Translations under genes and position numbers: made by a program
Assembly: GCA_964203275.1 (NCBI GenBank)
Contig: CAXNMF010000010.1
Coordinates: forward strand, 16,159 to 80,158
Reading direction: 5' to 3'
Length of the DNA stretch: 64,000 bases
Source: Burkholderiales bacterium
Lineage (GTDB): Bacteria; Pseudomonadota; Gammaproteobacteria; Burkholderiales; SG8-41
In this document: piece by piece, positions 47,651-57,421 of the stretch
Position numbering within the stretch: position 1 is the stretch's first letter
Layout of the letters: each line of letters opens with the position of its first letter
Notes under the pieces: generated by a model
Seen by the model: only the letters and a program-made list of their open reading frames with translations
Database searches by the model: none
Told to the model about the DNA's origin: nothing

Positions 47651-48421
47651 ATGGGCGCCAACGAACAGTTCATCCTGTTTACCCAACCGGGATGAAGCAG
47701 CTGTCTCCGGGCGAAAGAGTTTCTTTCGCGCAAAAAAATCGATTTCATCGCCATTGATGTCCTGAACGACCCGGATGGCCGCGAACGCCTGCTGAAGTTC
47801 GGCGTGCGCAATGTCCCTGTCGTTGCCAAGGGCGATCAGTTTGTATTCGGACAAAACCTTGAAGATGTCGCCGAATTTGTCGGGCTTCAAGGCACCGGCC
47901 ACAAGCCCTTGCCACCTGAAGAACTGATCAAGCGCTGGATCATGATACTGCGCGCCGCTCAGCGTTTGATTCGTCAGTTGCCGGATGCCAAGCTGCTGGA
48001 GCGCGTCATTCCCAACCGCGATCGCTCCATCCGGCTGATGTGCCACCACATCTTCCGCATCGGCGAGGCTTACCTGGAGTCCGTCGAAGGCGGTGTTGAA
48101 TACGCAGTACAACTCGCCAACATTCCTCCAAAAGACGGCACCTTCATGACCGGCGCTGAAATTGCGCAGTATGGCGACACGGTCATCGAGCGGCTGGAAA
48201 ACTGGTGGAACAAGCTCGAAGACAAATCCTGCCAGCAGAAGATCAAGACCTTCTTCGGCATGCAGCCCATCCACATGCTCTACGAGCGTTCAACCTGGCA
48301 CAGCGCGCAACACGCACGTCAACTTGCCGCAGTGCTGGAGGGCATCGGCATCACGCCGGACCAGCCATTGACGCCCGAACAACTGGCGGGTTTGCCACTC
48401 CCTGAAAGGTTGTGGGAATAG
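47651..48421 (+). CDS. Glutaredoxin-like (U-S-S-C) / DinB-like fusion protein; in-frame TGA at 47693..47695 read as Sec (codon 15)
   Basis: The frame of track ORF 47804..48421 stays open upstream to ATG 47651 except for one TGA: MGANEQFILFTQPG-U-SSCLRAKEFLSRKKIDFIAIDVLNDPDGRERLLKFGVRNVPVVAKGDQFVFGQNLEDV. This is a Grx/Trx-fold with the TGA at the first redox Cys position. Hairpin 15 nt downstream. sel genes are in the window. Confidence 0.75.
47711..47729 (+). promoter_or_regulatory. Putative bacterial SECIS hairpin for the Grx-like/DinB gene
   Basis: GCGAAAGA-GUU-UCUUUCGC: perfect 8-bp stem, GUU loop. Loop G is 24 nt after the UGA. Confidence 0.55.
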
Positions 48422-48441
48422 TTGTTTACAATCAATAGCTT

Positions 48442-48482
48442 AAAACAAAATGCCGGCATCACCGATGCCGGCATTTTGTTTT
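48442..48482. terminator. Bidirectional rho-independent terminator (19-bp perfect stem)
   Basis: AAAACAAAATGCCGGCATC-ACC-GATGCCGGCATTTTGTTTT, between the convergent Grx/DinB and tctC-like genes. Confidence 0.85.
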
Positions 48483-48495
48483 ACTGCAAATCCGC

Positions 48496-49461
48496 TTACT
48501 GCGGCTTGATGCCCGCCGCCTTGACGATCTTCGCGTACAGCGCAAGATCATCCTTGATCACCTTTGCAAACTCTTCCGGCGTGTTGCCGACGAGATCATT
48601 GCCGCCCTGCGTTGCCAGACGGTCGATGACATCGGGCATTTTCAGCGCCTTCACTACTTCGCGGTTCAAGCGATCAATCACCGGTTTCGGCGTACCGGCA
48701 GGCGCGACCACAGCCTGCCACTGCGTCAGCTGAAACCCCTTCAGACCCAGTTCATTCAGCGTCGGTACATCGGGCAATGCCGAAGCACGCTTGCCGCCGG
48801 TGACACCAATCGCCCGCAGCTTGCCGCCGCGCAGCTGCGGCACCGCAGTGATCACGGTATCGAACATATAGCTGATCTGGCCGCCCAGCAGTGCCGCCAG
48901 CGCCAGCGAACTCCCGGTGTAAGGCACATGGATCGATTTGGTATTCGTCATCAGGTTGAACAGCTCACCCGAGAGATGATTGCCACCGCCGATACCGGTT
49001 GAACCGTAAGTCATCTGCCCCGGCTTGGACTGCAGCAGCTTGATGAAATCCGGCAACGATTTCACCGGTGCCGCAGGCTGAACCACCAGCACGTACATGT
49101 ATGAAGTGCCCTGCGTGACGGGCGCAAAATCCTTGACCGGGTCGTAACCCAGTTTCAAATAAAGATTCGGATTGACGGTCATCGGCCCGGCGTTGCCCAT
49201 CAGCAGCGTGTAACCGTCGGCCGGTGCACGCGCCACCAGTTCAGTACCAATACCACCATTGGCGCCGGCACGGTTATCGACCACCACGGTCGTGCCCAGC
49301 GCTTCGCCGAGTTTCTGCCCGATGGTGCGGGTAAAAATATCGCCCGCGCCGCCTGGCGCGTAAGGGCAAATAAATCGAATCGGTTTGATCGGGTAGCTTG
49401 AATCGGCAGCCTGTGCCACACCTGCTGCCAGCAGCAACACACCCATTAATATTCGCATCAT
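48496..49461 (-). CDS. Tripartite tricarboxylate transporter substrate-binding protein (Bug/TctC family)
   Basis: Signal peptide. YPIKPIRFICPYAPGGAGDIFTRTIGQKLGEALGTTVVVDNRAGANGGIG is the Bug-family N-terminal signature. No tctA or tctB adjacent (orphan Bug). Confidence 0.88.
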   Translation of the reverse strand: MMRILMGVLLLAAGVAQAADSSYPIKPIRFICPYAPGGAGDIFTRTIGQKLGEALGTTVVVDNRAGANGGIGTELVARAPADGYTLLMGNAGPMTVNPNLYLKLGYDPVKDFAPVTQGTSYMYVLVVQPAAPVKSLPDFIKLLQSKPGQMTYGSTGIGGGNHLSGELFNLMTNTKSIHVPYTGSSLALAALLGGQISYMFDTVITAVPQLRGGKLRAIGVTGGKRASALPDVPTLNELGLKGFQLTQWQAVVAPAGTPKPVIDRLNREVVKALKMPDVIDRLATQGGNDLVGNTPEEFAKVIKDDLALYAKIVKAAGIKPQ

Positions 49462-49616
49462 CTTGAATTTCCCCGCATTTTGGTTGTTTTACGCCTGCAG
49501 CAGCAGGCGGCGGCAGAATAGCACGCGCCCTGCAAGTTACGCTAAACTGCGCCCTCCACTTTTACCGCAACTCCCACTCCGGCAATCCGCATGTCCCGCC
49601 GCGTCTACATACCCCG

Positions 49617-51023
49617 ATGGTGAATCCAGAAGCAGCCGCGCGTCGCGCGTTGCCCTCGGTTGATCGCCTGCTCGGCAGCGAGACAGTCGCGGTCATTATT
49701 GCCGCTCACGGACGCAGCCGCGTAACCACCTTCCTGCGCCGCGCGCTCGAAACCGAGCGCGCACGTCTTGCCGAACCCGATGCCGGCGCTTTCGACGAAA
49801 CCCGTTTTCTGCAGAACTGCGCGGTCGCGCTGGAACGTTCCGCCGCACCGTCACTGAAACCGGTATTCAATCTGACCGGTACCGTGCTGCACACCAATCT
49901 CGGCCGCGCCGTGATGCCGAAGAGTGCTGCAACCGCGGTGATGGCCGCGATGACCCGTCCGGTCAACCTCGAATTCGATCTGGCCACCGGCGCCCGCGGC
50001 GAACGCGACAGCCATGTCGAGCGCTGGCTCGCGGAACTGACCGGTGGCGAAAAAGCCGTCGCCGTCAATAACAACGCCGCCGCCGTCTATCTCGCACTGA
50101 ACACGCTGGCGCTGAAACATGAAGTACTTGTTTCGCGCGGTGAACTGATCGAAATCGGCGGCGCGTTCCGCATTCCCGACATCATGTCGCGCGCCGGCGT
50201 GAAACTGGTCGAGGTCGGCACCACCAACCGCACGCACCTCAAAGACTTTGCCGACGCGATCACCCCGCGCACCGCGGCGATCATGAAAGTCCACACCAGC
50301 AATTACGTGGTGCAGGGTTTCACCGCGACGGTGCCTGAAAGCGAATTGGCGAAACTTGCGCATGAACACAACATTCCGTTCATCGTCGACCTCGGCAGCG
50401 GCACGCTGATCAATCTTGAGGATTACGGCCTGCCGCATGAGCGAACGCCGCGCGAGACCATCGCCGATGGCGCCGATGTCGTCACCTTCAGCGGCGACAA
50501 ACTGCTCGGTGGGCCGCAGGCCGGCCTGCTGGTCGGGCGCAAGGACCTGATGGCGCGCATCGCGAAGAATCCGATGAAACGCGCGTTGCGCCTCGACAAG
50601 CTGACGTTGACCGCACTTGATGCCGTGCTGCGCCTGTATCTGCATCCGGAACGCCTGCACGAAGAACTGCCGGCACTGCGCCTGCTGACACGCAGCGCCG
50701 GCGACATCGCCGCACAGGCGGCCCGTGTACTGCCCACGCTTACAGCCGCACTGGGCGAAGACTGGAAAGTTGAAATAGCTGCCTGCAAAAGCCAGATCGG
50801 CAGCGGTGCACTGCCGGTCGATTCACTGCCCAGCAGCGGGCTGGCCATCGCGCCCGCTGGCAAAAAAGGCAATCTCAACAAACTCGCCGCAGCGCTCCGC
50901 GCACTGCCGGCCCCGGTGATCGGCCACATCAAGGACGGCGCATTGATGCTCGACCTGCGCTGTCTGGATCATGAAGACGAATTCGTCGAGCAACTGCCGC
51001 AACTGAAGATCAGCCACCAATGA
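49617..51023 (+). CDS. selA: L-seryl-tRNA(Sec) selenium transferase
   Basis: LPSVDRLL N-terminus, [34 protein letters not shown] (PLP Lys). 468 aa. Stop overlaps the selB start (ATGA). Confidence 0.93.
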   Translation: MVNPEAAARRALPSVDRLLGSETVAVIIAAHGRSRVTTFLRRALETERARLAEPDAGAFDETRFLQNCAVALERSAAPSLKPVFNLTGTVLHTNLGRAVMPKSAATAVMAAMTRPVNLEFDLATGARGERDSHVERWLAELTGGEKAVAVNNNAAAVYLALNTLALKHEVLVSRGELIEIGGAFRIPDIMSRAGVKLVEVGTTNRTHLKDFADAITPRTAAIMKVHTSNYVVQGFTATVPESELAKLAHEHNIPFIVDLGSGTLINLEDYGLPHERTPRETIADGADVVTFSGDKLLGGPQAGLLVGRKDLMARIAKNPMKRALRLDKLTLTALDAVLRLYLHPERLHEELPALRLLTRSAGDIAAQAARVLPTLTAALGEDWKVEIAACKSQIGSGALPVDSLPSSGLAIAPAGKKGNLNKLAAALRALPAPVIGHIKDGALMLDLRCLDHEDEFVEQLPQLKISHQ

Positions 51024-53041
51024 TCGTCGCCACCGCAGGCCACATCGACCACGGCAAGACGTTATTGGTCAAAACACTGACCGGTACCGACACCGACCGC
51101 TTGCCCGAGGAAAAAGCCCGCGGCATTTCCATCGACCTCGGATTCGCCTACCTGCCGCTGGCCGAAGGCGGCCTGATCGGCTTTGTCGACGTACCCGGCC
51201 ACGAACGCTTCATCCGCAACATGCTCGCTGGCGTCTCCGGCATTGATTTCGCGCTGCTGATTGTTGCCGCTGACGATGGTGTGATGCCGCAGACCATTGA
51301 ACACCTGCAGATCCTTGATCTGCTGCGTATCGGCCGCGGTGCTGCCGTGATCACCAAAGCCGACCGCGTTGATGCCGCGCGCATTGAAGAAGTACGTGAC
51401 CAGGTCAAAGCCCTGCTGGCACCGACGCTGCTCGCCGATGCGCCGATACTGCCGGTGTCCGCGATCAGCGGCATCGGTATGACCGAACTGAAATCGCTGT
51501 TGCTGCGCGAGGCCACAGCCAAAGGCCAGCGCAGTGCTGCCGGTCAGCATCTGCGTTACGCCATTGACCGCGCCTTCAGCATTGCTGGCAGCGGCACTGT
51601 CGTCACCGGTACGGTGTTCAACGGCACCGTGCGCACCGGCGACAAGCTGGTCATTTCACCCGCTGGGCGCGAAGTACGCGTGCGCAGCATCCAGATCCAC
51701 GGCAAGGCGGCCGTCGAAGCACGCGCCGGCGAACGCTGTGCGCTGAACCTGACCGGCGCAGACGTTGAATCCGTACGTCGCGGCGACTGGGTGATGGCCG
51801 AATCGATTCACCGCCCGACCCGGCGCATCGACGTACGCCTGAACGTGCTGCCCGGTGAAAGCAAACCGCTGAAACACTGGACGCCGGTGCATCTGCACCT
51901 CGCCACCGCCGATGTCACTGCGCGGGTCTCGTTGAAACGCGGCGAAGCCTTGAACCCGGGCCAGGGCGGCATCGGCCAGCTGGTGCTCGACGAACCGGTC
52001 TCGGCGCTTCATGGCGATCGTTTCATCCTGCGCGACCAGTCATCAACACGCACGCTCGGTGGTGGCGTCATCATTGATCCAATTCCACCAGCGTCCCGGC
52101 GCAGCAAGGCGCGCGATGCCACGCTCACCGCTCTCGAATCGGCAGATCACATCACCGCGCTCTCCGCACTGGCCGCCGACGGCAAACGCCCGGTTGACCT
52201 TGCGCATTTCGAAGCGATCTTCAATCTGCTCCCCGACGTCGCCGCTGCCGCGATTGCCCAATCAGGCCTTACGCCGCTGGGCAAAGACCGCCGTATCGCC
52301 ATAACCCAGCCGCGACTGACCGCGCTGCATCAGGCCGTCATCAAACAGGTCAACGCGTTTCATGTGGCCCAGCCCCAGGCGCCGGGTATGGAAATCGAAG
52401 TGCTGCATCAGACACTTGCACCGGAACTCGACGCGGACGCATTTGGTCATGTACTGCGCCTGCTCGCCGAACAGCGGCAGATCGAAGTGCACAGCTCGCT
52501 GGTGCGCAAGCCCGGCCATGACACCACGGCCAACAGCGCCGACGTCAAACTATGGGAGACCGTACAACCCGCGCTGCTGTCGGCAGGATTCAATCCGCCG
52601 CCGCTGAAGGAACTCGCGCCGCTGCTGAAACTGAAAGACGCCATCCTCAAGGATTTCCTCTACCGCCAGATGAAGGCGGGTAATTTGTACAAGGTCGGCG
52701 CCGAACGTTTTTATCTGAAACCGACGATGGCCGTGCTCGCCGCCACGGCACAGGCGGTGGCCGCAAAACAACCCAACGGCCAGTTCACCGCCGCGCAATA
52801 CCGCGACGCGGTCGGCATCGGCCGCACGCTGGCCATTGAGATCCTCGAAACACTGGACGGCATCACCGTTACGCAACGAATCGGCGACGCCCGCAAGATG
52901 CGCAAGGATTTTGCGCCCATCCTCGGCGCCGCCGAACCTGCGCCGCCACCGCCGCCGGGCGCGGTCGCCAAACCGCAGGTGCAGAAACCCTCTGCCGGCA
53001 AGCCGCAGCAACGCCCTCCTTTCCGCAACAAACGTTACTGA
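51020..53041 (+). CDS. selB: Selenocysteine-specific translation elongation factor
   Basis: G-domain [34 protein letters not shown]. Long winged-helix C-terminal extension. 673 aa. Confidence 0.93.
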   Translation: MIVATAGHIDHGKTLLVKTLTGTDTDRLPEEKARGISIDLGFAYLPLAEGGLIGFVDVPGHERFIRNMLAGVSGIDFALLIVAADDGVMPQTIEHLQILDLLRIGRGAAVITKADRVDAARIEEVRDQVKALLAPTLLADAPILPVSAISGIGMTELKSLLLREATAKGQRSAAGQHLRYAIDRAFSIAGSGTVVTGTVFNGTVRTGDKLVISPAGREVRVRSIQIHGKAAVEARAGERCALNLTGADVESVRRGDWVMAESIHRPTRRIDVRLNVLPGESKPLKHWTPVHLHLATADVTARVSLKRGEALNPGQGGIGQLVLDEPVSALHGDRFILRDQSSTRTLGGGVIIDPIPPASRRSKARDATLTALESADHITALSALAADGKRPVDLAHFEAIFNLLPDVAAAAIAQSGLTPLGKDRRIAITQPRLTALHQAVIKQVNAFHVAQPQAPGMEIEVLHQTLAPELDADAFGHVLRLLAEQRQIEVHSSLVRKPGHDTTANSADVKLWETVQPALLSAGFNPPPLKELAPLLKLKDAILKDFLYRQMKAGNLYKVGAERFYLKPTMAVLAATAQAVAAKQPNGQFTAAQYRDAVGIGRTLAIEILETLDGITVTQRIGDARKMRKDFAPILGAAEPAPPPPPGAVAKPQVQKPSAGKPQQRPPFRNKRY

Positions 53042-53062
53042 TCACTGAACTGAGAGAACGCC

Positions 53063-53971
53063 ATGACCACATCCGCATTTGACGTCATCATCATCGGCGA
53101 AGGCATCGCCGGACTCACCGCTGCCGGCGCGCTCGCCAAAAAGGGCCTGAGTGCCGCCACTTTCGAACAGCAAATCTTCGGCGGCCTCGTGCTCAACGTG
53201 AATGAACTTGATCCCGCGCCTCCCGGCGGCGAAGCCGGCGGTGCCGCTTTTGCCGCCGAGATGACCGGCGCCAACACCGAAGCTGGCGTCACCAGCATCC
53301 AGGAGCCGGTCACTGCGCTGGCCGCCGCCGATGGCGGCTATGTCGTCACCACCGAGAGCGGCAGCTACCGTGCGCGTCAGGTCATAATCGCCAGCGGCGC
53401 CAAACTGAAATCATTGAACGTGCCCGGCGAAACTGAATTCGAAGGGCGCGGCGTCTCGAAATGCGCCGACTGCGACGGCCCGATGTTCCAGAACGAAACC
53501 GTGGCCGTGATCGGCGGTGGCGACTCCGCACTGCAGGAAGCCAATGTGCTGACGCACTACTGCGGCAAGGTGCTGCTGATCCATCGCGGCACGGCGTTCC
53601 GTGCGCAGCAGCGCTTCATCGACCAGGTCAATGCCAACGACAAGATCGAAAAACGTTTCGGCACGACGGTCGAAACAATCCTCGGCGGACAGATGGTCGA
53701 GAAGATCAAAGTTAAAACTGCTGCGGGCAGCGAAGAGATCACCGTCGCCGGCGTTTTCGCCTATATCGGCCTTGAACCCAACACTGCCTTTGTGCCGGAT
53801 GCCGTCAAACGTGATGACCAGGGTCGCCTCGTCACCAGCGATGCGCTGGAAACCGCGCTGCCCGGCGTCTGGGCTGTCGGCGCCGTACGCAGCGGCTGCG
53901 GCGGCAGTCTCGATGACGCCATTGCTGACGCAAACCGTGCCGCCGACGCCGTCGCGGCGCGTCTGCAGTAA
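53063..53971 (+). CDS. Thioredoxin-reductase-like FAD/NAD(P)H disulfide oxidoreductase
   Basis: DVIIIGEGIAGLTAA (FAD), redox CADCDG (TrxB has CATCDG), VIGGGDSALQEA (NADPH), GVWAVGAV. Confidence 0.8.
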   Translation: MTTSAFDVIIIGEGIAGLTAAGALAKKGLSAATFEQQIFGGLVLNVNELDPAPPGGEAGGAAFAAEMTGANTEAGVTSIQEPVTALAAADGGYVVTTESGSYRARQVIIASGAKLKSLNVPGETEFEGRGVSKCADCDGPMFQNETVAVIGGGDSALQEANVLTHYCGKVLLIHRGTAFRAQQRFIDQVNANDKIEKRFGTTVETILGGQMVEKIKVKTAAGSEEITVAGVFAYIGLEPNTAFVPDAVKRDDQGRLVTSDALETALPGVWAVGAVRSGCGGSLDDAIADANRAADAVAARLQ

Positions 53972-53980
53972 GACTGCTGT

Positions 53981-54529
53981 ATGGCTCTGACCGCCACCAT
54001 CTTCAAGGTGGATCTGACGATCTCCGACATGGACCGCGGCTACTACGCGACCCATGCGCTGGTACTGGCGCGCCATCCTTCCGAAACCGATGAACGGATG
54101 ATGGTGCGGCTGCTCGCGTTCGCGCTCAATGCCGATGAGGCACTGGAGTTCGGCAAGGGCCTGAGCAATGAAGAGGAGCCGGCGCTGTGGCGCAAGGATC
54201 TGACCGGCATCATCGAACAATGGGTCGAAGTCGGCCTACCCGATGAAAAATCCGTACGCAAGGCCTGCGGCCGCGCGACGCAGGTGCTGCTTTATACCTA
54301 CGGCCGCGGTGCCGCGAAGTGGTGGCAGGACAACAGCGATGCGATGGCGCGGCCCGACAACCTCACGGTGATTGATCTGCCAGCTGAATCGACACAGGCA
54401 CTGGCAAAACTTGCCGAACGCACAATGCAACTGCAATGCACGATCCAGGACGGCACAACCTGGATCACCAACGGCGACGAAACCGTGGAAATTGCGCCGG
54501 TCGTGCTCAGCGCAGCGCGACGGCATTAA
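53981..54529 (+). CDS. yaeQ: YaeQ-family protein
   Basis: MALTATIFKVDLTISDMDRGYYATHALVLARHPSETDERMMVRLLAFAL is the conserved YaeQ N-terminus. 182 aa. Confidence 0.88.
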   Translation: MALTATIFKVDLTISDMDRGYYATHALVLARHPSETDERMMVRLLAFALNADEALEFGKGLSNEEEPALWRKDLTGIIEQWVEVGLPDEKSVRKACGRATQVLLYTYGRGAAKWWQDNSDAMARPDNLTVIDLPAESTQALAKLAERTMQLQCTIQDGTTWITNGDETVEIAPVVLSAARRH

Positions 54530-54603
54530 ACGTCACCACAGTCTGGAACCGCATTTCTCGTCAGCACCGCGCCGTCTTACAATGTCGGCCGCGCAGTAAC
54601 AAC

Positions 54604-54698
54604 GGAAGGGAATCGCTCCCGGTGGGGCGGCCGGACTTCAAACCCGGTAGGGGCCGCGAGCGGTCCTGTGTGGGTTCGACTCCCACTCTCTTCCGCCA
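54604..54698 (+). tRNA. selC: tRNA-Sec (anticodon UCA)
   Basis: 95 nt including CCA. 8-bp acceptor stem GGAAGGGA/UCUCUUCC. 6-bp D-stem CGCUCC/GGGGCG with a 4-nt loop. Anticodon loop CUUCAAA. Long variable arm GGGGCCGC..GCGGUCCU. T-arm GUGGG-UUCGACU-CCCAC. The 8/5 architecture is diagnostic of bacterial tRNA-Sec. Confidence 0.93.
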
Positions 54699-54752
54699 CC
54701 ACATCATTACGGTCCGCAACCACGCGGGCTGTTGCCGACGAGGAGCAATGCG

Positions 54753-56138
54753 ATGAGCTTCGCCATAGATTTATCCAATAAAATCAATGAATTACAGTAC
54801 AACACCCTGCCGGCCGATGCCGTGCACTGGGCCAAGGTCGGCATCCTCGACACCGTCGGCGTAACGATAGCCGGCGCCGCAGAAGATGCGACGCGCATCC
54901 TGCTCGGCGTCTCCGGTTCCAGCAGCGGCCCGTCGCTGGTATTCGGCCACGCACGGCGCATCGGCGCACTCGATGCCGCACTGGTCAACGGCACGGCGTC
55001 ACATGCACTCGACTTCGACGACTGCAACAACACATTGGGCGGTCATCCGTCGGTGCCCATACTGCCCGCATTGTTTGCGCTCGCTGATGAAACCGGCGCC
55101 ACCGGCAAAGACTTCATCGCCGCCTACGTCGCCGGCTTCGAAGCCGAATGCAAACTTTCGATGGTGGTGAATTTCTACCAGTACACCAGAGGCTGGCACC
55201 CGACGACCACCATCGGCGTGTTCGGCAGCGCCGCGGCCTGCGCGCATCTGCTGAAACTGTCCGTTGAAAAAACCGCCACTGCGCTGTCGATCGCCGCATC
55301 GCTCGCCGCCGGCGTCAAATCGAATTTCGGTACCATGACCAAACCGCTGCACGTCGGTCACTGCGCACGCAGTGGCCTGTTCGCCGCACTGCTCGCCCGT
55401 GACGGCTTCACAGCCGGCGCAACCGCCTTCGAACACAAGCAGGGTTACTTCGAAGTTTTCAACGGCGCCGGCAATTACGACGCGAGCAAGGCGATCCCGG
55501 CTTGGGCCAATCCGCTCGACATCACCCGCCCCGGCATCGCGATCAAGTCCTATCCCTGCTGCGGCAGCACCCACCCGGCCATCGACTGCATGCTTGAACT
55601 GGTGCAGAAAAACAACCTGAAACCCGAGCAGGTCGCGCGCATCGATTCCTGGACACATACGCGCCGCCTCGAACACACCAACCGTCCCGATCCGCAGTCA
55701 TACCTCGACGCCAAGTTCAGCGTGCAGTACACGCTGGCCCGTGCGCTGAAGGACCGCACCGTCAAGCTGGAACACTTCGAAGGCGACAACTGGAAAGACC
55801 CCGCGACACGCGCGATCCTGCCGAAAATCCATGTCGCGACTTACACCACCGAGCAGTTCCCTGCCGACAACCATTTCGGCGCCGAAGTAAAAGTCACGCT
55901 GACCGACGGCCGCGTCTTCAGCACCAAGACCGACCAGGCGCTGGGCCGCAGCGTCGATAAGCCGCTGCCCGCCGACATGCTCAAGGCCAAGTTCGACAAC
56001 TGCGCCGCACGCGCACTGTCAACTGACAATGTCGCGCGGCTTTATGCGGCGATCCAGGATTTCGAGAACGCAAAGGATGTGCGGGAGATTGCGGCGCTGG
56101 CTGCTGGTAAGGGCGGGCCGCAGCGGGTTGCAGCCTGA
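54753..56138 (+). CDS. MmgE/PrpD-family protein (paralogue 1)
   Basis: LDTVGVTIAGA, ALVNGTASHALDFDD and TKPLHVGHCARSG match the 2-methylcitrate dehydratase superfamily. AGGAG RBS before the ATG at 54753. Confidence 0.85.
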   Translation: MSFAIDLSNKINELQYNTLPADAVHWAKVGILDTVGVTIAGAAEDATRILLGVSGSSSGPSLVFGHARRIGALDAALVNGTASHALDFDDCNNTLGGHPSVPILPALFALADETGATGKDFIAAYVAGFEAECKLSMVVNFYQYTRGWHPTTTIGVFGSAAACAHLLKLSVEKTATALSIAASLAAGVKSNFGTMTKPLHVGHCARSGLFAALLARDGFTAGATAFEHKQGYFEVFNGAGNYDASKAIPAWANPLDITRPGIAIKSYPCCGSTHPAIDCMLELVQKNNLKPEQVARIDSWTHTRRLEHTNRPDPQSYLDAKFSVQYTLARALKDRTVKLEHFEGDNWKDPATRAILPKIHVATYTTEQFPADNHFGAEVKVTLTDGRVFSTKTDQALGRSVDKPLPADMLKAKFDNCAARALSTDNVARLYAAIQDFENAKDVREIAALAAGKGGPQRVAA

Positions 56139-56526
56139 CCATCGAACGAACATTCAGCTCGTTGTTGATTTCTTCCTCAATTAAATTTCTGAGCTGGTTG
56201 TTCGCAGAGTGAATACGCTCTACATGAATACTGGCTGAACAGCGCATAAGGTCTCTTTTGTGACTGCGCGGCTTTTTATTGCTGCAATTGCTGAAATCAG
56301 GCCTCCAGAACCTGGCCGACTGATGGCAGGCAAGCCACCGGGCCATTGGCGCAGCACGAATTTGCGTCCCCATACCCATAGTAAAAACCTCCCATGCGAT
56401 TCCAGAGGACCTGCCCATGTCCAAAGTTTGCAGGGTCTGCGAAAGTTTCACGGTCGACAAACCAGTTGCGACTTGCTTTACGCTTGAAAATAAAAGCGAA
56501 TACAAATACATATCCAGGGAATTACG

Positions 56527-57273
56527 ATGCGTAAGACATTGATGATCGGCCTGCTGTGTTTCATGACCAATTCTGTGCAGGCCGCAGTATTCGACATGCG
56601 GGACTATTTCGAATCACTGCCGTCGCCTTACCCCGCTCAATCCAGCAGCGATTTATGGACTTTTCAGGTTGGCAACCATAACGGTAGCCTGATCGCGCCC
56701 AATGGAGACTCATACTACGGCGGCGAGCTTGCGCCCCAGCAAATCGGCGGCATGGTCAATATCGGAGGAAGCGGTTGTACTTCGGGATTCTGCCCGGCAT
56801 CACCTTCGAATACCTTGGCCACCTTCAATGGTGTATTTGTTCATTCCGGTCCCAGTACCAGTACGGCAGCGGTTTTTCATGCTTCCAGCGCCATGCAAAT
56901 CAGCAAGATTGAGCTGCAAAGCGAGATGGTCGGAAACGGCAACAACGGAAACGGCTTCAACGTCACCGTCAACTCAGTGCTTGGTGGTGTAGCCAATACG
57001 ATCGGTACATTCGTTTTCGATTACCCGAGCACCCTCACCAGCTTCATCAGCACCATTTACACACCGGCTTCGCTGACATTGCAGGCTGGCGACATGATCG
57101 AGATCCTGTATGGCAATAATGGCAGCTACCTATATGACCATGGCAACGTGAACGCTCAAATTACTACTGGTCCCGCTGTGTCGCCCGTCCCCGAACCCGA
57201 GATCTACGCGATGATGGGCCTGGGTTTGGGACTGTTGGGATGGCTCGGCCGCCGTAAGCAGCGAGCTGCATAA
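56527..57273 (+). CDS. PEP-CTERM sorting-domain secreted protein
   Basis: Signal peptide. C-terminal VPEPEIYAMMGLGLGLLGWLGRRKQRAA (PEP motif, TM helix, basic tail). Confidence 0.85.
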   Translation: MRKTLMIGLLCFMTNSVQAAVFDMRDYFESLPSPYPAQSSSDLWTFQVGNHNGSLIAPNGDSYYGGELAPQQIGGMVNIGGSGCTSGFCPASPSNTLATFNGVFVHSGPSTSTAAVFHASSAMQISKIELQSEMVGNGNNGNGFNVTVNSVLGGVANTIGTFVFDYPSTLTSFISTIYTPASLTLQAGDMIEILYGNNGSYLYDHGNVNAQITTGPAVSPVPEPEIYAMMGLGLGLLGWLGRRKQRAA

Positions 57274-57291
57274 TCCTTCAAGACCCGAACT

Positions 57292-57318
57292 GACCCCGCC
57301 TCAGCGGGGTCTTTTTTT
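57292..57318 (+). terminator. Rho-independent terminator
   Basis: GACCCCGC-CTCA-GCGGGGTC followed by TTTTTTT. Confidence 0.85.
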
Positions 57319-57421
57319 GCGTATTCATTAATGTCACAGCCGCAAGAAAACAGGCTCCAAGTGAATACTTGATTTGCACGTAACAAGAAAAGTCGAGTCG
57401 AAGTCTGGGTCGGCCTAGCTT

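Noticed and set aside
47609-48274. 221-aa minus-strand ORF opposite the Grx-like/DinB gene
   Set aside because: The plus strand gives a coherent Grx fold plus DinB-like domain ending at a bidirectional terminator. The minus ORF has no start context and no motifs.
54699-57421. Genomic island integrated at selC (a classic island insertion site in enterobacteria)
   Set aside because: I saw no integrase and no direct repeat of the tRNA 3' end downstream. The first gene after selC is a PrpD paralogue related to the nearby operon. Only the PEP-CTERM pocket has deviating composition.
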